Positions 12,104-25,170 of a stretch of 41,608 nucleotides of DNA are shown here, one piece after another. The stretch lies in contig JAHLWZ010000324.1 in assembly GCA_020536535.1 (NCBI GenBank), positions 1 through 41,608 of the forward strand, in the 5' to 3' direction. Both the position numbers and the translations under genes were made by a program. The notes under the pieces were generated by a model, which was given only the letters and a program-made list of their open reading frames with translations, did no database searches and had not been told where the DNA came from. Source of the DNA: Pelomyxa schiedti (taxonomy: Eukaryota; Protista; Evosea). Every line of letters starts with the position of its first letter. The first letter of the stretch is position 1.

Positions 12104-13806
12104 TTATAGCTGGGTGTAGAAAACCCCCAATACATATAGGTTGTTGAGATAAGGTGTTACAAATTTGACGGGAATACTACGCAGCTGTAGAAGCCTGTTG
12201 CAAGAGGTACCAGCTCAGATATTAAGGTGTTGGCTACTTCACTTAAATAACCCCCCATATTCACTATTTTGGACATTGTCGACGCAGTATCACTTGCAAG
12301 TAAGTCATCTGATTTGTTTTATGGTGTTACGACATTTGTTGAGTTGAGTTGCAAAACCTTGAACAAGGTGCAATAAGCTGAGGGCTACTCGGACTAATAC
12401 CGGTCGTCCCTTCAGGAAGTGAATACAGACCTTTAAGGGATGACATACCTGCAATAAAAATAAATCCCAAATGCGGGCACACAGTTCCCCAGGTACATCT
12501 GCACTACTAGTGTGAGGTGATTTGAGTGGTAAAACGGAACAGTACCAAAATAGCGTACTGAACCATCTAACAAGAACCCCTTCCAATGAGATGTGATGCT
12601 TGTGCTATGAGAAAAATCGGTTAGGTGTTGGGAGTACAGGAAAAGGACCATGTGTGCTGCTAGCTGTGGCAAATATTGCCGGAAAACTTGAATAGCATGG
12701 TCAACCAAAATTGATACATTCTTTGCGTTGTCATAAAATAGTGTTGACATTCCATAATACATCAAGATTTGATGAACCACCCAGAAAGCATCAGCTTCTG
12801 GTAAATGACAAAGAGTGTGGCAGACAAGGTATGCAAACTGCTGGTGATACCCAAGAGATGGGAGCTCCACGCAAAGTGCTTGCAAAACACGAATAGCCAC
12901 TTCACCTTGGAGGCTAAGAGATTTTTTGAGACATATTATAACGTTAGCATCCTATGAGGGACCTTGACGGTGGAGTTCCCTGAGATGCAAAGAACTGCAG
13001 TGTCCTATCAATATCCTGAAGGAAACTCAGCAACCCATACAAGTTACTTAACACACCATTGTAATTGGTTCTGTGTCTTTGCAGTCGGAAAGTTGATTGC
13101 ATAATTTCTATAAGGAAGGAGATTTCAGGTTCATTGCATTAAAACGGATATGTTGTACCTCATAGTCAGGTCGGGCGATGTTGTTACCAGATGCTAGAAA
13201 CAGCCATACTTTACTTCGAACTTCAGGGGGAATACCCCCAAGAACAAAGGTGGCCAACTGAAGTGTTGATGAGAGAAACAAAGGGGATTGAGAGAAGCAT
13301 GCGGACCTGTTGGCAATCATTTTGGGAAAGAGAAGAAACGCTATTTTTCGAAAGAAATAACACTAAATTTGCCGTGGGATTGGTAATAGATTCACTACAC
13401 CGTGATACGTTTGAAATACCCAAATGGGGTGGAAATACCTCGAAGCTAGGGCACAGGAGTTACAAACTCTAACAGGAGAAGAGAAACCGCGACAGCTGCA
13501 TAAATATATATAAGCCAAGAAATGTAAAGGCGAACAGTTAACCGCACGGTAGGCGGTGCCCGCTGCAGCTGTTGCAGAAAATACCACCACATCGCCGGCA
13601 ATGGTGCCGCCGAAATACAAACGAGAATGGAGTATGACCTAGAAGTAAGACGTTCCATCAGGTCGCGCAGCAGTGACGAGATCCATGAAACCACATAACC
13701 GGTAGAAATAAAACTCACATGAACTGCACGCACTGACCATGTGATCTGGCACCCACCCCACCGGTGCAACTTGTACGACAAAGTCTAACGCCAGTAAACG
13801 GTCCAT
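12104..13806 (-). CDS. FYVE zinc finger + TBC (RabGAP) domain protein; multi-exon; stop position approximate
   Basis: ATG 13806: [29 protein letters not shown]|[31 protein letters not shown]|[14 protein letters not shown] (FYVE). TBC motifs: [43 protein letters not shown]. Confidence 0.9.
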
Positions 13807-14031
13807 AATTTATTGCGACTTTGCTGGCCAGATCAATATCTGATCGTTTTCCTTTCCTCTCTCAGAGGTGGGTTTTGCACAAATGAGACTTGGCACCACT
13901 CCCCTGCAACATTTTCCTTTCAATTCTCCTTTTTCGTTTGACACCTGCCAAGCGAGATAGCACCGTTCCAACATCAGACCTTTAACCGACAAAACTAAAA
14001 AAAAAAAAACCCGTCTGTTAGCAGCATAGTG

Positions 14032-16607
14032 ATGGCCTCTACGTCTCCGACGACTGCGGTCCCTGCACCTTCTCAACCAGCTGTTGTAGTTGTACCTACA
14101 GCCACGGCGTCTACGCCAACCCAAACACAGGCAGCCGCCCATCAGGGCGCTAATATGGAAGAAGTCGAGATGATCGGGCGTGCCCCGCACACTCGTACCG
14201 AAATCCCACTAAAGAGTTGTGCGGTATGTCTTCACCCTCCTTTTTTATGGCTTCTTAATATTCTTGGCAGTGCTCATCAGTCTGCGTTTACTCTGACAGG
14301 GTTTGCACCTTTTTTTTTTTTTTTTTTTTATTTCTATTTGCACTTAGTGCTCGGTAGGCAGAGGTTACGCGCATTTTGACATTTACATCTGAAAAGGGTG
14401 TTAATGATATCGTTATATCAGGTTGCTCTACCACAAAAAAATAGGTGCCTAACTTTTCCTTAAGGAATCCCAGCAATTGGTAATTTTCACGATACTTTTT
14501 TCCACTAGTAGAAATTCACTCCATCCTTCAGACGAAAATAGTGTCCGGGTCACCGGAGGGACAGGGCAAGTTACAATATTAGAGGTGTCTATTCTAATAT
14601 CCCCGTTCTCTAATCTCACTCCCTCAAGGTGTCATCAGCTGTTCCAGATGACAAGCCGAAGGCCACTCTTAAAACGGAAAGTGAATCAAAATTAGAAGAA
14701 CTGGAGCGAATGAGAGAGCAAGAACGAATTCTTGCAGCACAGGAAGCTTGCATCCGTGTACGCCAGAAACCGTTAAATTTTTGGTTCTAAAAGAAGGAAA
14801 ATCTGTGTTTGTAGCAAGAACGGGACTGGTTGAATTCACTGATGACCGAATCAATAAAACCAAAAAATCCACCAATGACTGCAGAAAATGCACAGGCTCT
14901 GTTGAAGTTTCACAATGAAAAGTCTGAAGCACTGGATCGAGCCGCTTTGGATGTGGCTAAAGAATTGAAGAGTAAAACTCCATCACCTTCTGTTATGTGC
15001 CAATTTTGCCTAGAATTGCGCATGAATTTACTCAAGCAGCCACAACCAGATGACAATACTCCAAAGCGGGAAATTACCGTTTCACTCTTTTCCAAAGAAA
15101 GAGTTGAGGTGTCACATATTCATTGCTATTTCTTTTCCCTCACCATAATATATACATGAAGGTGAAGCTACAGTTGTCATATTTAACACATGGTGCTAGT
15201 TGGAGCCCGAGCTATGATGTTAGGGTTGGTTCTAACAGTACGAATCTACAGGTTCCTCATTTGTTTGTTAGTTTCCGTCTTACGTTAATAGCTCATATAC
15301 TACGGCAAAATTGTTAACAGCACTGGTGAGGTATGACTGTACACCACAAGAATGCATCCAATTTATGGTAGGATTGGGAAAATGCACACATGGTACTCTC
15401 GACTGCCCAACCAGCTGTGGGGGGAGAACCTCCCAAATTATTCACAACACATGTATTTGCTCAAACGGGCTATAGTACCCTGTCGTCCAGGAGTGGTATG
15501 TGATTATTTAACGTACCAATGTTAACACTGGTAAGCTTTCTCCAACACACTCGAGAATCCTATGTATGAGCAACAATCCATTTCGAGTCCTGTCTCTCAT
15601 ACTAGTCCGCAACCTGCTGCAGCTCCAGCTCCACCAGTTTCGGTTCTTACCACTGAAGCTCATCAAGCCATGTGCGCAGCGACTTTTGAGGTTCCACATG
15701 TATCAACAATAGCATCAGACAGTAAGCCGCACAAAGTATCCTGCCCCTTTCCTGAGAAAGTACTTACACAAAAATCTCAGGTAACTGTTTGCATAATCAA
15801 CTTGTCTGGTACGTTTTCCTGTGTCGCTGTTCCCGCCTTGACAGCAAATGCTTATCTGCGCATCCACGTGTAAGTATCGATCATACTTTTTTTTTGAAAC
15901 TTATACTTTTCTCAAAGAAATAACACAAGCGCCCACACTATCTTGCCCGGCACTGTACAAGTTTGGCCAATTGTTTGGGTCCTGGGAATCAATTCACACC
16001 ACATTAGGTCTTTGTGGATAACAATTATGTCACATCGTCTCAGCTCAAGCTCATCAACCCAGGAGAAAAATTCACAATCTATCTTGGAGGTTTAATTCCA
16101 TTTTCTATAATGCTTGTTACTCACTACTAACACTCCAGTGGATTCCTCCATTGTCGTGCGGCAAAAACCCAGAGTGGAGAAGAGTTCTGTTGTTGGTATG
16201 CTCCGGCGCTCAAAAGTCAAAGATATCTCAGCAAGCTTCACGATCAAGAACACCAAACCAAATAAGGTTAGGTTCCATATGATGTTTTTGCATCCCTGTT
16301 GATTGAACTCTTCCTTAGATCAAGGTGACAGTCTACGCCCAGCTTCCCGAACCTACAGACGATCGCGTAAAGGTGACTCTCAAAGAGCCGTTGCTAGAGG
16401 TACCAAATCCCGTTGCTAAGCTCAATGAATTCCACAACCTTGTCTGGCCCCTTGGTGTGTTCTCCCTCTTTGTTTCTTAGTTTTCCCTAATCGGCCCATC
16501 ACACAATACCTCAGACCTGGCAAGCAACCAAGAGGCAACCGTTAACCTCTCATACACTATTGATTATCCAAACAACATGACACTCTCGTTCATGTAGTAA
16601 CATTCAC
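14032..16607 (+). CDS. DUF4140/DUF4139 (MuiA / C. elegans F37C4.5-like) protein; multi-exon
   Basis: VCVYSDR|AEVTR, DENSVRVTG, LSYLTHGASWSPSYDVRV, NSTGE|DWENAHMVLSTAQP, TIASDSKPHK; stop TAG 16605-16607. Confidence 0.88.
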
Positions 16608-16759
16608 CCAATAGCAAAAAATCTATTCACTTTCAAATTTTTTCCCTTTTTTTCTTACTTGGCAGGGAACCAATGACTAAGAAAGAAGGGAGGGTTTCGA
16701 TGCATTTTCCAAGGCACCACATAAAACAAAACACAAGGGCAGACATACAAAGCACAAAG

Positions 16760-17016
16760 ATGGTGGAGGTATCAGACGTGTTATTGGCGATCTTGGCAGT
16801 CTTCTTGCCCCCCGTTGCGGTGTTCCTTGTCCTTGGTTGCAACTGGCAGATCTTGCTCAACATCCTTCTGTGGATCCTTGGTACTTACATTTACAGAGTC
16901 ACGGAGTGTGTGATTCTCACAGTTGGATCTTAGGCTGGATTCCTGCAGTGATTCACGCGTGGTGGGTGATCGCAGCCCGAGGGAACAACAGACGAAAACC
17001 AGTGGACCACGAATAG
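16760..17016 (+). CDS. PMP3: Pmp3/RCI2/UPF0057 small proteolipid membrane protein; 2 exons (intron 16881-16933)
   Basis: MVEVSDVLLAILAVFLPPVAVFLVLGCNWQILLNILLWILG|WIPAVIHAWWVIA...HE*, the canonical Pmp3 pattern. Confidence 0.93.
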
Positions 17017-17205
17017 AGCAGTCAACACAAGAAGACCTCATCGATCTACTGGCTGGATTCAAAAAAAAAAAAAACCGCCACGTTGATTATTTCCCGATCT
17101 ACCGATCTTGAAATAATCCAAACGCCAACAACAATTTGTTTGTCTCTTCTCGATCCAACCATAACCAACAAGCACGTGTTGGTCCCAAAGCAAGTACACA
17201 ACGAA

Positions 17206-18920
17206 ATGTCGTCGACCTTCAAAGACGAGCCGCCCACCAGCACTTCGACAAAAACCGAGCTCGAGGACGACCACGAGCACACGCACGTCCATGCGCACGT
17301 GCACGAGCACGTGATGCAGCGCGACGGGCACGACGTCGTGGTGGCCCACGCGCACCCCCACGTCCACGCGCACTCCCACGCAGACGTGCACCTCCGCAAG
17401 CCCCGGCCCCACGACCCAACCGCCGACGCCGGGGAGCCCGACCACCCCCACTTCAGCCTCGCTTCCGCCCCCGCCCCCGCGTCCGCTGCGGCGCCCGATC
17501 CGCGGCACACACACGACCACGTGCACGACAACTTGGCCGGGATCGCGATGGCCAAGCGAGAGCAGCAGCAGCAACAACAACAACAACGGCCGGAGAAGGG
17601 CGTCGGATACGGAGACGGAGACGGAGACGTGGAGGTGGAGGTGGAGGCTGCATCTTGTAGGATGGAGAGCGCCGCGGCTGTTGTCACGCTGGAAGGTGCT
17701 GCTGGGACCGAGGCGGAGGGGGGGTCCCAGGCTCAGAGTCTCCTTGGGGAAGGGGCAGTTGCAACTGGGGAGGGGGATGCCGCAGTTGCATACGGCGCGG
17801 TGACGTCGGCCGAGGTTGGGGGGCAACTGCAGCAACTGCAGCCACAGCAGCCGGTGAGGTTTTGGAAAAGAAGGGCCTTCTGGGGTCTCGTGGGCAGGAT
17901 TGCGTTAAGGGTCGTGGCCTTGACTGTGATTGTGATTCTGGTGTGGAAACTTCCTGTCAACTGGGGAGCACTGCTCGATGCTTGTACTGAATCCCCCTTT
18001 TGATGGCAGTTAGAACTTCTTAACCCCGCTCATAACATCTTTAGACTTGGAGTGGGTTTCATCATTGGGGCCCGCACTTGGGCCTATTGTTTACTGTTTT
18101 TTGGCTACAATTTTCTGTTCTGTGAGCCCTACTGGCTATGCTCCTGCTGTAGTTGCAGGTGTTACATTTGGTTACTATGTGGGTCCTGCCCTTGCATACG
18201 TTTCTGTAAATATTGGAGCTGTGTTGAACTTCCTGTGGGTCAGAAAGACTCGAACTCTTCTCCTTCGGGTAGGTGATATCTCTTCCATAAGTTTCTCATG
18301 CTCTCCTTCCTCAAACCAGATCAACCGCATCCGAAGGTTCATAGATGCAAAGACAGGCAGGTTCGAAAGTATAGAACTGCTACTGGAGCACATGCCCTTC
18401 CGCACTGTGCTGTTGATGAGGCTACCCTACATGGCAAACGGTACCATCAACTACGTCCTCAGTATTTCCAGTGTCAGGTTCTTGCCCATGGTCTTTGGAA
18501 ATGCTCTGGGATTCATTCCCGGAAGTGTACTATTCAGTGTCATGGGTACACAAGTTCAGTCACTTCGCAAATTGATAGAGACCAAAGCAGAGAACAAGAC
18601 TGGACTAATAGTAAGTCCCCATTCCGTTCACTTCAATCCCATCCCATTGCACAGCTGCATCCACCACCTGTTTTTTTCCTTTTTTCCACTCACTCTATCC
18701 ACAGATTTTTGTTGTAATATGTGTTGTCACAGTCATGTGCCTCGCTATTCTTGTAATTCTATGCCGTCGGCTAATGAAACGAGCCCAATCTCGATTCCCA
18801 ACAACCACTCCCAGCACCCCTGCACAATCGGCGGCAGATCAAAAGTCTCCAGTCCTGGTCCAAGACGACAAAGACACCGACACCTCCAGCCAGATAGAAC
18901 TGGATGTTTCTAAAGTGTAA
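17206..18920 (+). CDS. VTT/DedA-domain (TVP38/TMEM64/TMEM41-like) membrane protein with His-rich and poly-Q N-terminal extension; multi-exon
   Basis: TM helix after RRAFWG; AGVTFGYYVGPALAYVSVNIGAVLNFLWVRK; VLLMRLPYMANGTINYVLSISSVRF...NALGFIPG; stop TAA 18918-18920. Confidence 0.85.
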
Positions 18921-19007
18921 AAAAAAAACCAGTCTTATTCATGTTTCGTCTTGAGCTTTTGAGGCTTCGGACACAGACCATCATCAACACGAAAAAAAAC
19001 CAACAAG

Positions 19008-20488
19008 ATGCGAAGAAGAGGGGGGAGCACGCACGCAGAAAACAGATCAGGTGTTGGTGTTGGTGCGAGGGAGGTCATTGTTATTGACCCGCCGGAGGAG
19101 TTGTTCTCATTCCCACCCCAGTCGTTTTTCTTTTTGCAAGACCCAGTCAATGACACTGTCACGGCAGCACAGTTCTCTCCCACCGCAGAATCTTTGTTGA
19201 TGGGTCTGCCAGCTTTATTATTGATAAATCTTCTGGTCCTACATGACACTCCATTCCAGTGGGCACACAGAAAGGCAATTTTGTGCTCAGTGATTTATCT
19301 CGCTCGCAAAAGATGTATCATTCACAGGCGGACTCCCCTGTGACAAAAATAAGGTTTTTTTTTTTCACCCTTGGTCATGAGATAGGCTCATTTTCACACA
19401 GATGGTCATCGTGTGGTACTGCCGTCGCCATCTTATTTCTGCATAGTAACCCGGAGGTTTTGGTTGGTGTAGAATCCCCGAGCGATAGGCAAGCAAGCAA
19501 CCTACATAAACTTACCGTACTAATGCATACACCAGAATAGCCATATCTTTGGAGAGCGGGCTAGGAGAAACAACAGCAGCTGTTGATATAGTCATATTCC
19601 CGTTTTGGAGAGAAAATGTCAAAGGGTTCGTAGATTATACCTATCCACTAGGCACTTAATGGTCTGCCTCCAGTTAATCTAATCAGGACCCTCAGGGTAG
19701 TCTGTATTGTTGCCTGTAGCAACTCGGAGCAAAAACAGTTCTTCCTCCCCGAGGACATTTATAAATCTGGCGTCGCATACACGTTCCAAGAAACTACGAC
19801 CTATCCTTATTCTGCCCATTACATAATGCAATTTACTCGTGAAATGCTTCTGGATGGATTTCAGTTAGTAGCCCTAACAACTGATGAGAAAATGGCTATG
19901 GGTGAAAAAATGTTGGATCTCCCAACTGATGAGTATGTTGCGTCCAATATGTGAGCCAAGTCCCTGATAAGACACAGATATAGTAGTGCTACATTCTGGA
20001 ACGATTCCATTATTGTGATTGGCAAAAAAGCAATCCTTCAATACAGTGAACCACAGGTTGTAAAGGAATGCACATTATACAACTAATCTGTCCTGCAGGG
20101 GGCACCATCCCTTGAATCAGTAGAGAATCTCGAGCCACACGCCAGGACGAGGTTTCTCACCTTTCCACATTGGAATCTGCTTACCGTTATAAAGATGCAC
20201 TCCTGCGAAACATAAGCAGTATCTGGTATTTGGTCACAACCACATCGTACTGTATTTGAACATGGACACAAAGAAGGTTAATCAGTATTTACCTCGTCTT
20301 CTCTCAACATCGATATGCAGATAGAGCGCCATGTACCTTGTGCAGTCACAGAAACAGTCATATCCGTGTCCATAAACAGTTCCGGTACAGTCACAGCTTG
20401 TGCAACGGAGCTTGGCCACTTATTGTACATCTATTCTACCCCATTCTGGCGGGACAAACTTAGTCACAGCAACTTCTCGACGTGGTAG
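19008..20488 (+). CDS. Divergent WD40/beta-propeller-like hypothetical protein; multi-exon
   Basis: Blade-like segments VTAAQFSPTAESLLM|GTQKGNFVLSDL, VTKI|RWSSCGTAVAI, VISVSINSSGTVTACATELGHLLYIY; stop TAG 20486-20488. Confidence 0.6.
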
Positions 20489-20549
20489 ACACAGGAAGAG
20501 AAAAATATTTAATAGGGAAAACAATTGTTTTATTAAAAGGGCTACTAGC

Positions 20550-21543
20550 TCAGTAGCAATTCTTATCAACACTCATGCTGCATGTTGACACGTCACCAGC
20601 GTACCTGGGAAAAACAACAGTGTAAACCAGGAAAGTCAAGGGAAAAAGGGGTTGTCATACTGTTGAATGTTTGCTTTCGTCCAACCAGCGAATGACGTGA
20701 AGGAACCGATTGAGCAACTGCCGGTCCAGCTGGCCCACCACAACTATGTGATGTTACAGCAAGAAAAGAGAAGGAACTCTGGAGAGAAGGACGTACCTGA
20801 TAAGCTGAGCCGCCAGTGTAGGATGAACTACGAAAAAGTGACTGAAAATGGAAAAGAGAGGTTATTTGATACCCCATGATGGCTGTCCATTCGTTCTTGT
20901 TTGTGTAAACCCCAAAGCTGATGCCCTTGGCCTTCACTTCCGAAACCCAAGAGGTGAACCAGTTCTGGTTTGTTGAATAGGTGGATGACCAGTAGCTTGT
21001 GCCTCCTTCAACATCTACGAAAAATAGTCAACACCTATCACTGTGGGCACAAGAGAAGAAGCGCCATACCGAGCCACCACATTCCAATCTGAAAAACAGA
21101 GGAATGAGTACTGTTGGGAATAAATGGGGCTACACACGTCGACACCCTTTGTGGCATTGTAAAGTTCATCAACTTGTGTGGCAGCGGACTTGGAGCATGT
21201 CGGGCACGGGAAGAAGTAAACATCCACATACTAAAAAAAAAGGGTCTCAGCTCGGAATATAATCTTCCCAAACCAGCCAATAGAATAGAGGAAGGACGAA
21301 AAGCATAAGGCCGGGATTGATTACCTTAATGCCACCAGCACGAGCGTTGTTCACGTTGCTGACAGCGTTTGGATCCACGGAGCCGCTGCTCCTGTACCCG
21401 CGAGGAATGGCGAAGGAGTAGCCATTGGTGACCAGGCATGACCAGTAGGACGTGGCGTAGAGCTGGCTGACATCAACGCCCTCAGCGCATTCGGCAGCAC
21501 ACCAGAGGGAGGCCAAAAAGAGAACACACAGAAGAACTTTCAT
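20550..21543 (-). CDS. GH25 (Ch-type) lysozyme, protist/nematode type, copy 1; 7 exons
   Basis: Signal peptide; GVDVSQ; FAIPRGYRSSGSVDPN; YVDVYFFPCPTC; WWL|DVEG (DxE); FAGWTK; IQQYAGD...VDKNCY*. Confidence 0.93.
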
Positions 21544-21726
21544 GTTTTGTTTTTTGGGTGCTGCTTGTTTGTTGCGGTTTTTTTTTTTTAATTGTTGTTC
21601 TGCTTTTTTTCGATTCCACTCAGCGTTTCGGTTTTTTTTTTGTTCGTTTTTTGTTTTGAGATGGAGGTTTTGGGGTTGTGGTGTGCCGGTTGGATTTGAG
21701 ATTTCGTGCACATTGCATTTGTGCAA

Positions 21727-22729
21727 TTAATAGCAGTTTTTGTCTACGCTCATGCTGCACGCAGTCACATCCCCTGCGTACCTGTCAAGAGAAGGGGGAG
21801 TTGGCAACAAGAACGGGAAAAAAGGGGTTGTCATACTGTTGAATGTTTGCTTTCGTCCAACCATTGAATGACGTGAAGGAACCGATTGAGCAACTGCCGG
21901 TCCAGCTTGCCCACCACAACTGCACAGCGGGTGTTAATTATGGGCCAATGGAAAACCATAACATGAAACCTGATAGGCAGAACCACCAGTGTAGGATGAA
22001 CTTTGGGGAAAAGTGAGTAAAGTTGTGCACAACTGAGGATAGAGACTCACCCCATGATGCCTTGCCACTGGCTCTTGTTTGTGTAGACTCCAAAGGAAAT
22101 TCCCTTCTTCTTGACTTCAGATACCCACGAGGTGAACCAGTTCTGGTTTGTTGTGGTGCTTGATGACCAGTAGCTTGTGCCTCCTTCAACATCTACGAAA
22201 AATAGTCAACACCTATCATAGTGAGCAAAAGAGAAGAAGCGCCATACCGAGCCACCACATTCCAATCTGAAAAACAGAGGAATGAGTACTGAGTACTGCT
22301 GGGAATAAATGGGGGCTACACACGTTGACACCCTTTGTGGCATTGTAAAGTTCATCAACTTGTGTGGCAGCGGACTTGGAGCATGTCGGGCACGGGAAGA
22401 AGTAAACATCCACATACTAAAAAAAAAGGGTCTCAGCTCGGAATATAATCTTCCCAAACCAGCCAATAGAATAGAGGAAGGACGAAAAGCATAAGGCCGG
22501 GATTGATTACCTTAATGCCACCAGCACGAGCGTTGTTCACGTTGCTGACAGCGTTTGGATCCACGGAACCACTGCTCCTGTACCCGCGAGGAATAGCGAA
22601 AGAGTAGCCATTGGTGACCAGGCACGACCACGAGGATGTGGCGTAGAGCTGGCTGACATCAACGCCTTGAGCGCATTCGGCAGCACACCAGAGTGATGCT
22701 ATGAGTACAATTACAGCTGCAACTTTCAT
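21727..22729 (-). CDS. GH25 lysozyme, copy 2 (tandem paralog); 7 exons
   Basis: Same motifs and intron positions as copy 1; ATG 22729 (MKVAAVIVLIASLWCAAEC); stop TAA 21727-21729. Confidence 0.93.
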
Positions 22730-22950
22730 TCTTCTGTGCCTTTCTTGTTTACCTCTTGGTTTTTTTTTTTTTGTTTGTGGTTTGAGGAAAAAAAACGGTT
22801 GATACTTTTTCGATGGTGCCTCTTTGGGCTTTTCTGTTGAAATTTCCTCCGCTTTTGTCGATTTGTTTTGGTTTTCGTTGCTGGTGACTTTTTTTTTGCA
22901 CCTCAATCGCGGGAAAGCACTGAGAAGAAAAGAATTCAACTTGCCTCTTA

Positions 22951-24914
<1,964 letters not shown>

Positions 24915-25170
24915 CCTCGTGTCTGTTGGCAACTGAAATTTGAAATTGCGCTCTCTTCGTGTAACGATGTGGAGGGCGTTTGATCTGGAACAACTCTTCC
25001 TCCATTACTCCCCAGCTGCAACCCATAAAGTGCCAGGGGTAGTACCAACTCTCCGTTCCTTGTCACACCGGGAAGCATCAAACCCACACCGGTGGAAGAT
25101 CCCTAGAAGTTTTCGTTTGTTACTCCGACGTAACTCTTGAGTAGTCAACGGGTTTAATTTTCCTTAAATT

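Noticed and set aside
13424-13800. Possible ncRNA in an apparent intergenic region
   Set aside because: Explained by FYVE-coding exons on the minus strand.
15736-15780. Intron starting GTATCCTG as a possible U12 intron
   Set aside because: The donor match is incomplete and there is no TCCTTAAC branch site.
17046-17835. Long antisense or alternative-frame ORFs (also 25293-26128, 30497-31021, 40110-40835)
   Set aside because: These are shadow ORFs of GC-rich low-complexity exons with no recognisable domains.
22907-22917. E2F-like site GCGGGAAA upstream of lysozyme copy 2
   Set aside because: A single short motif expected by chance, with no match upstream of copy 1.
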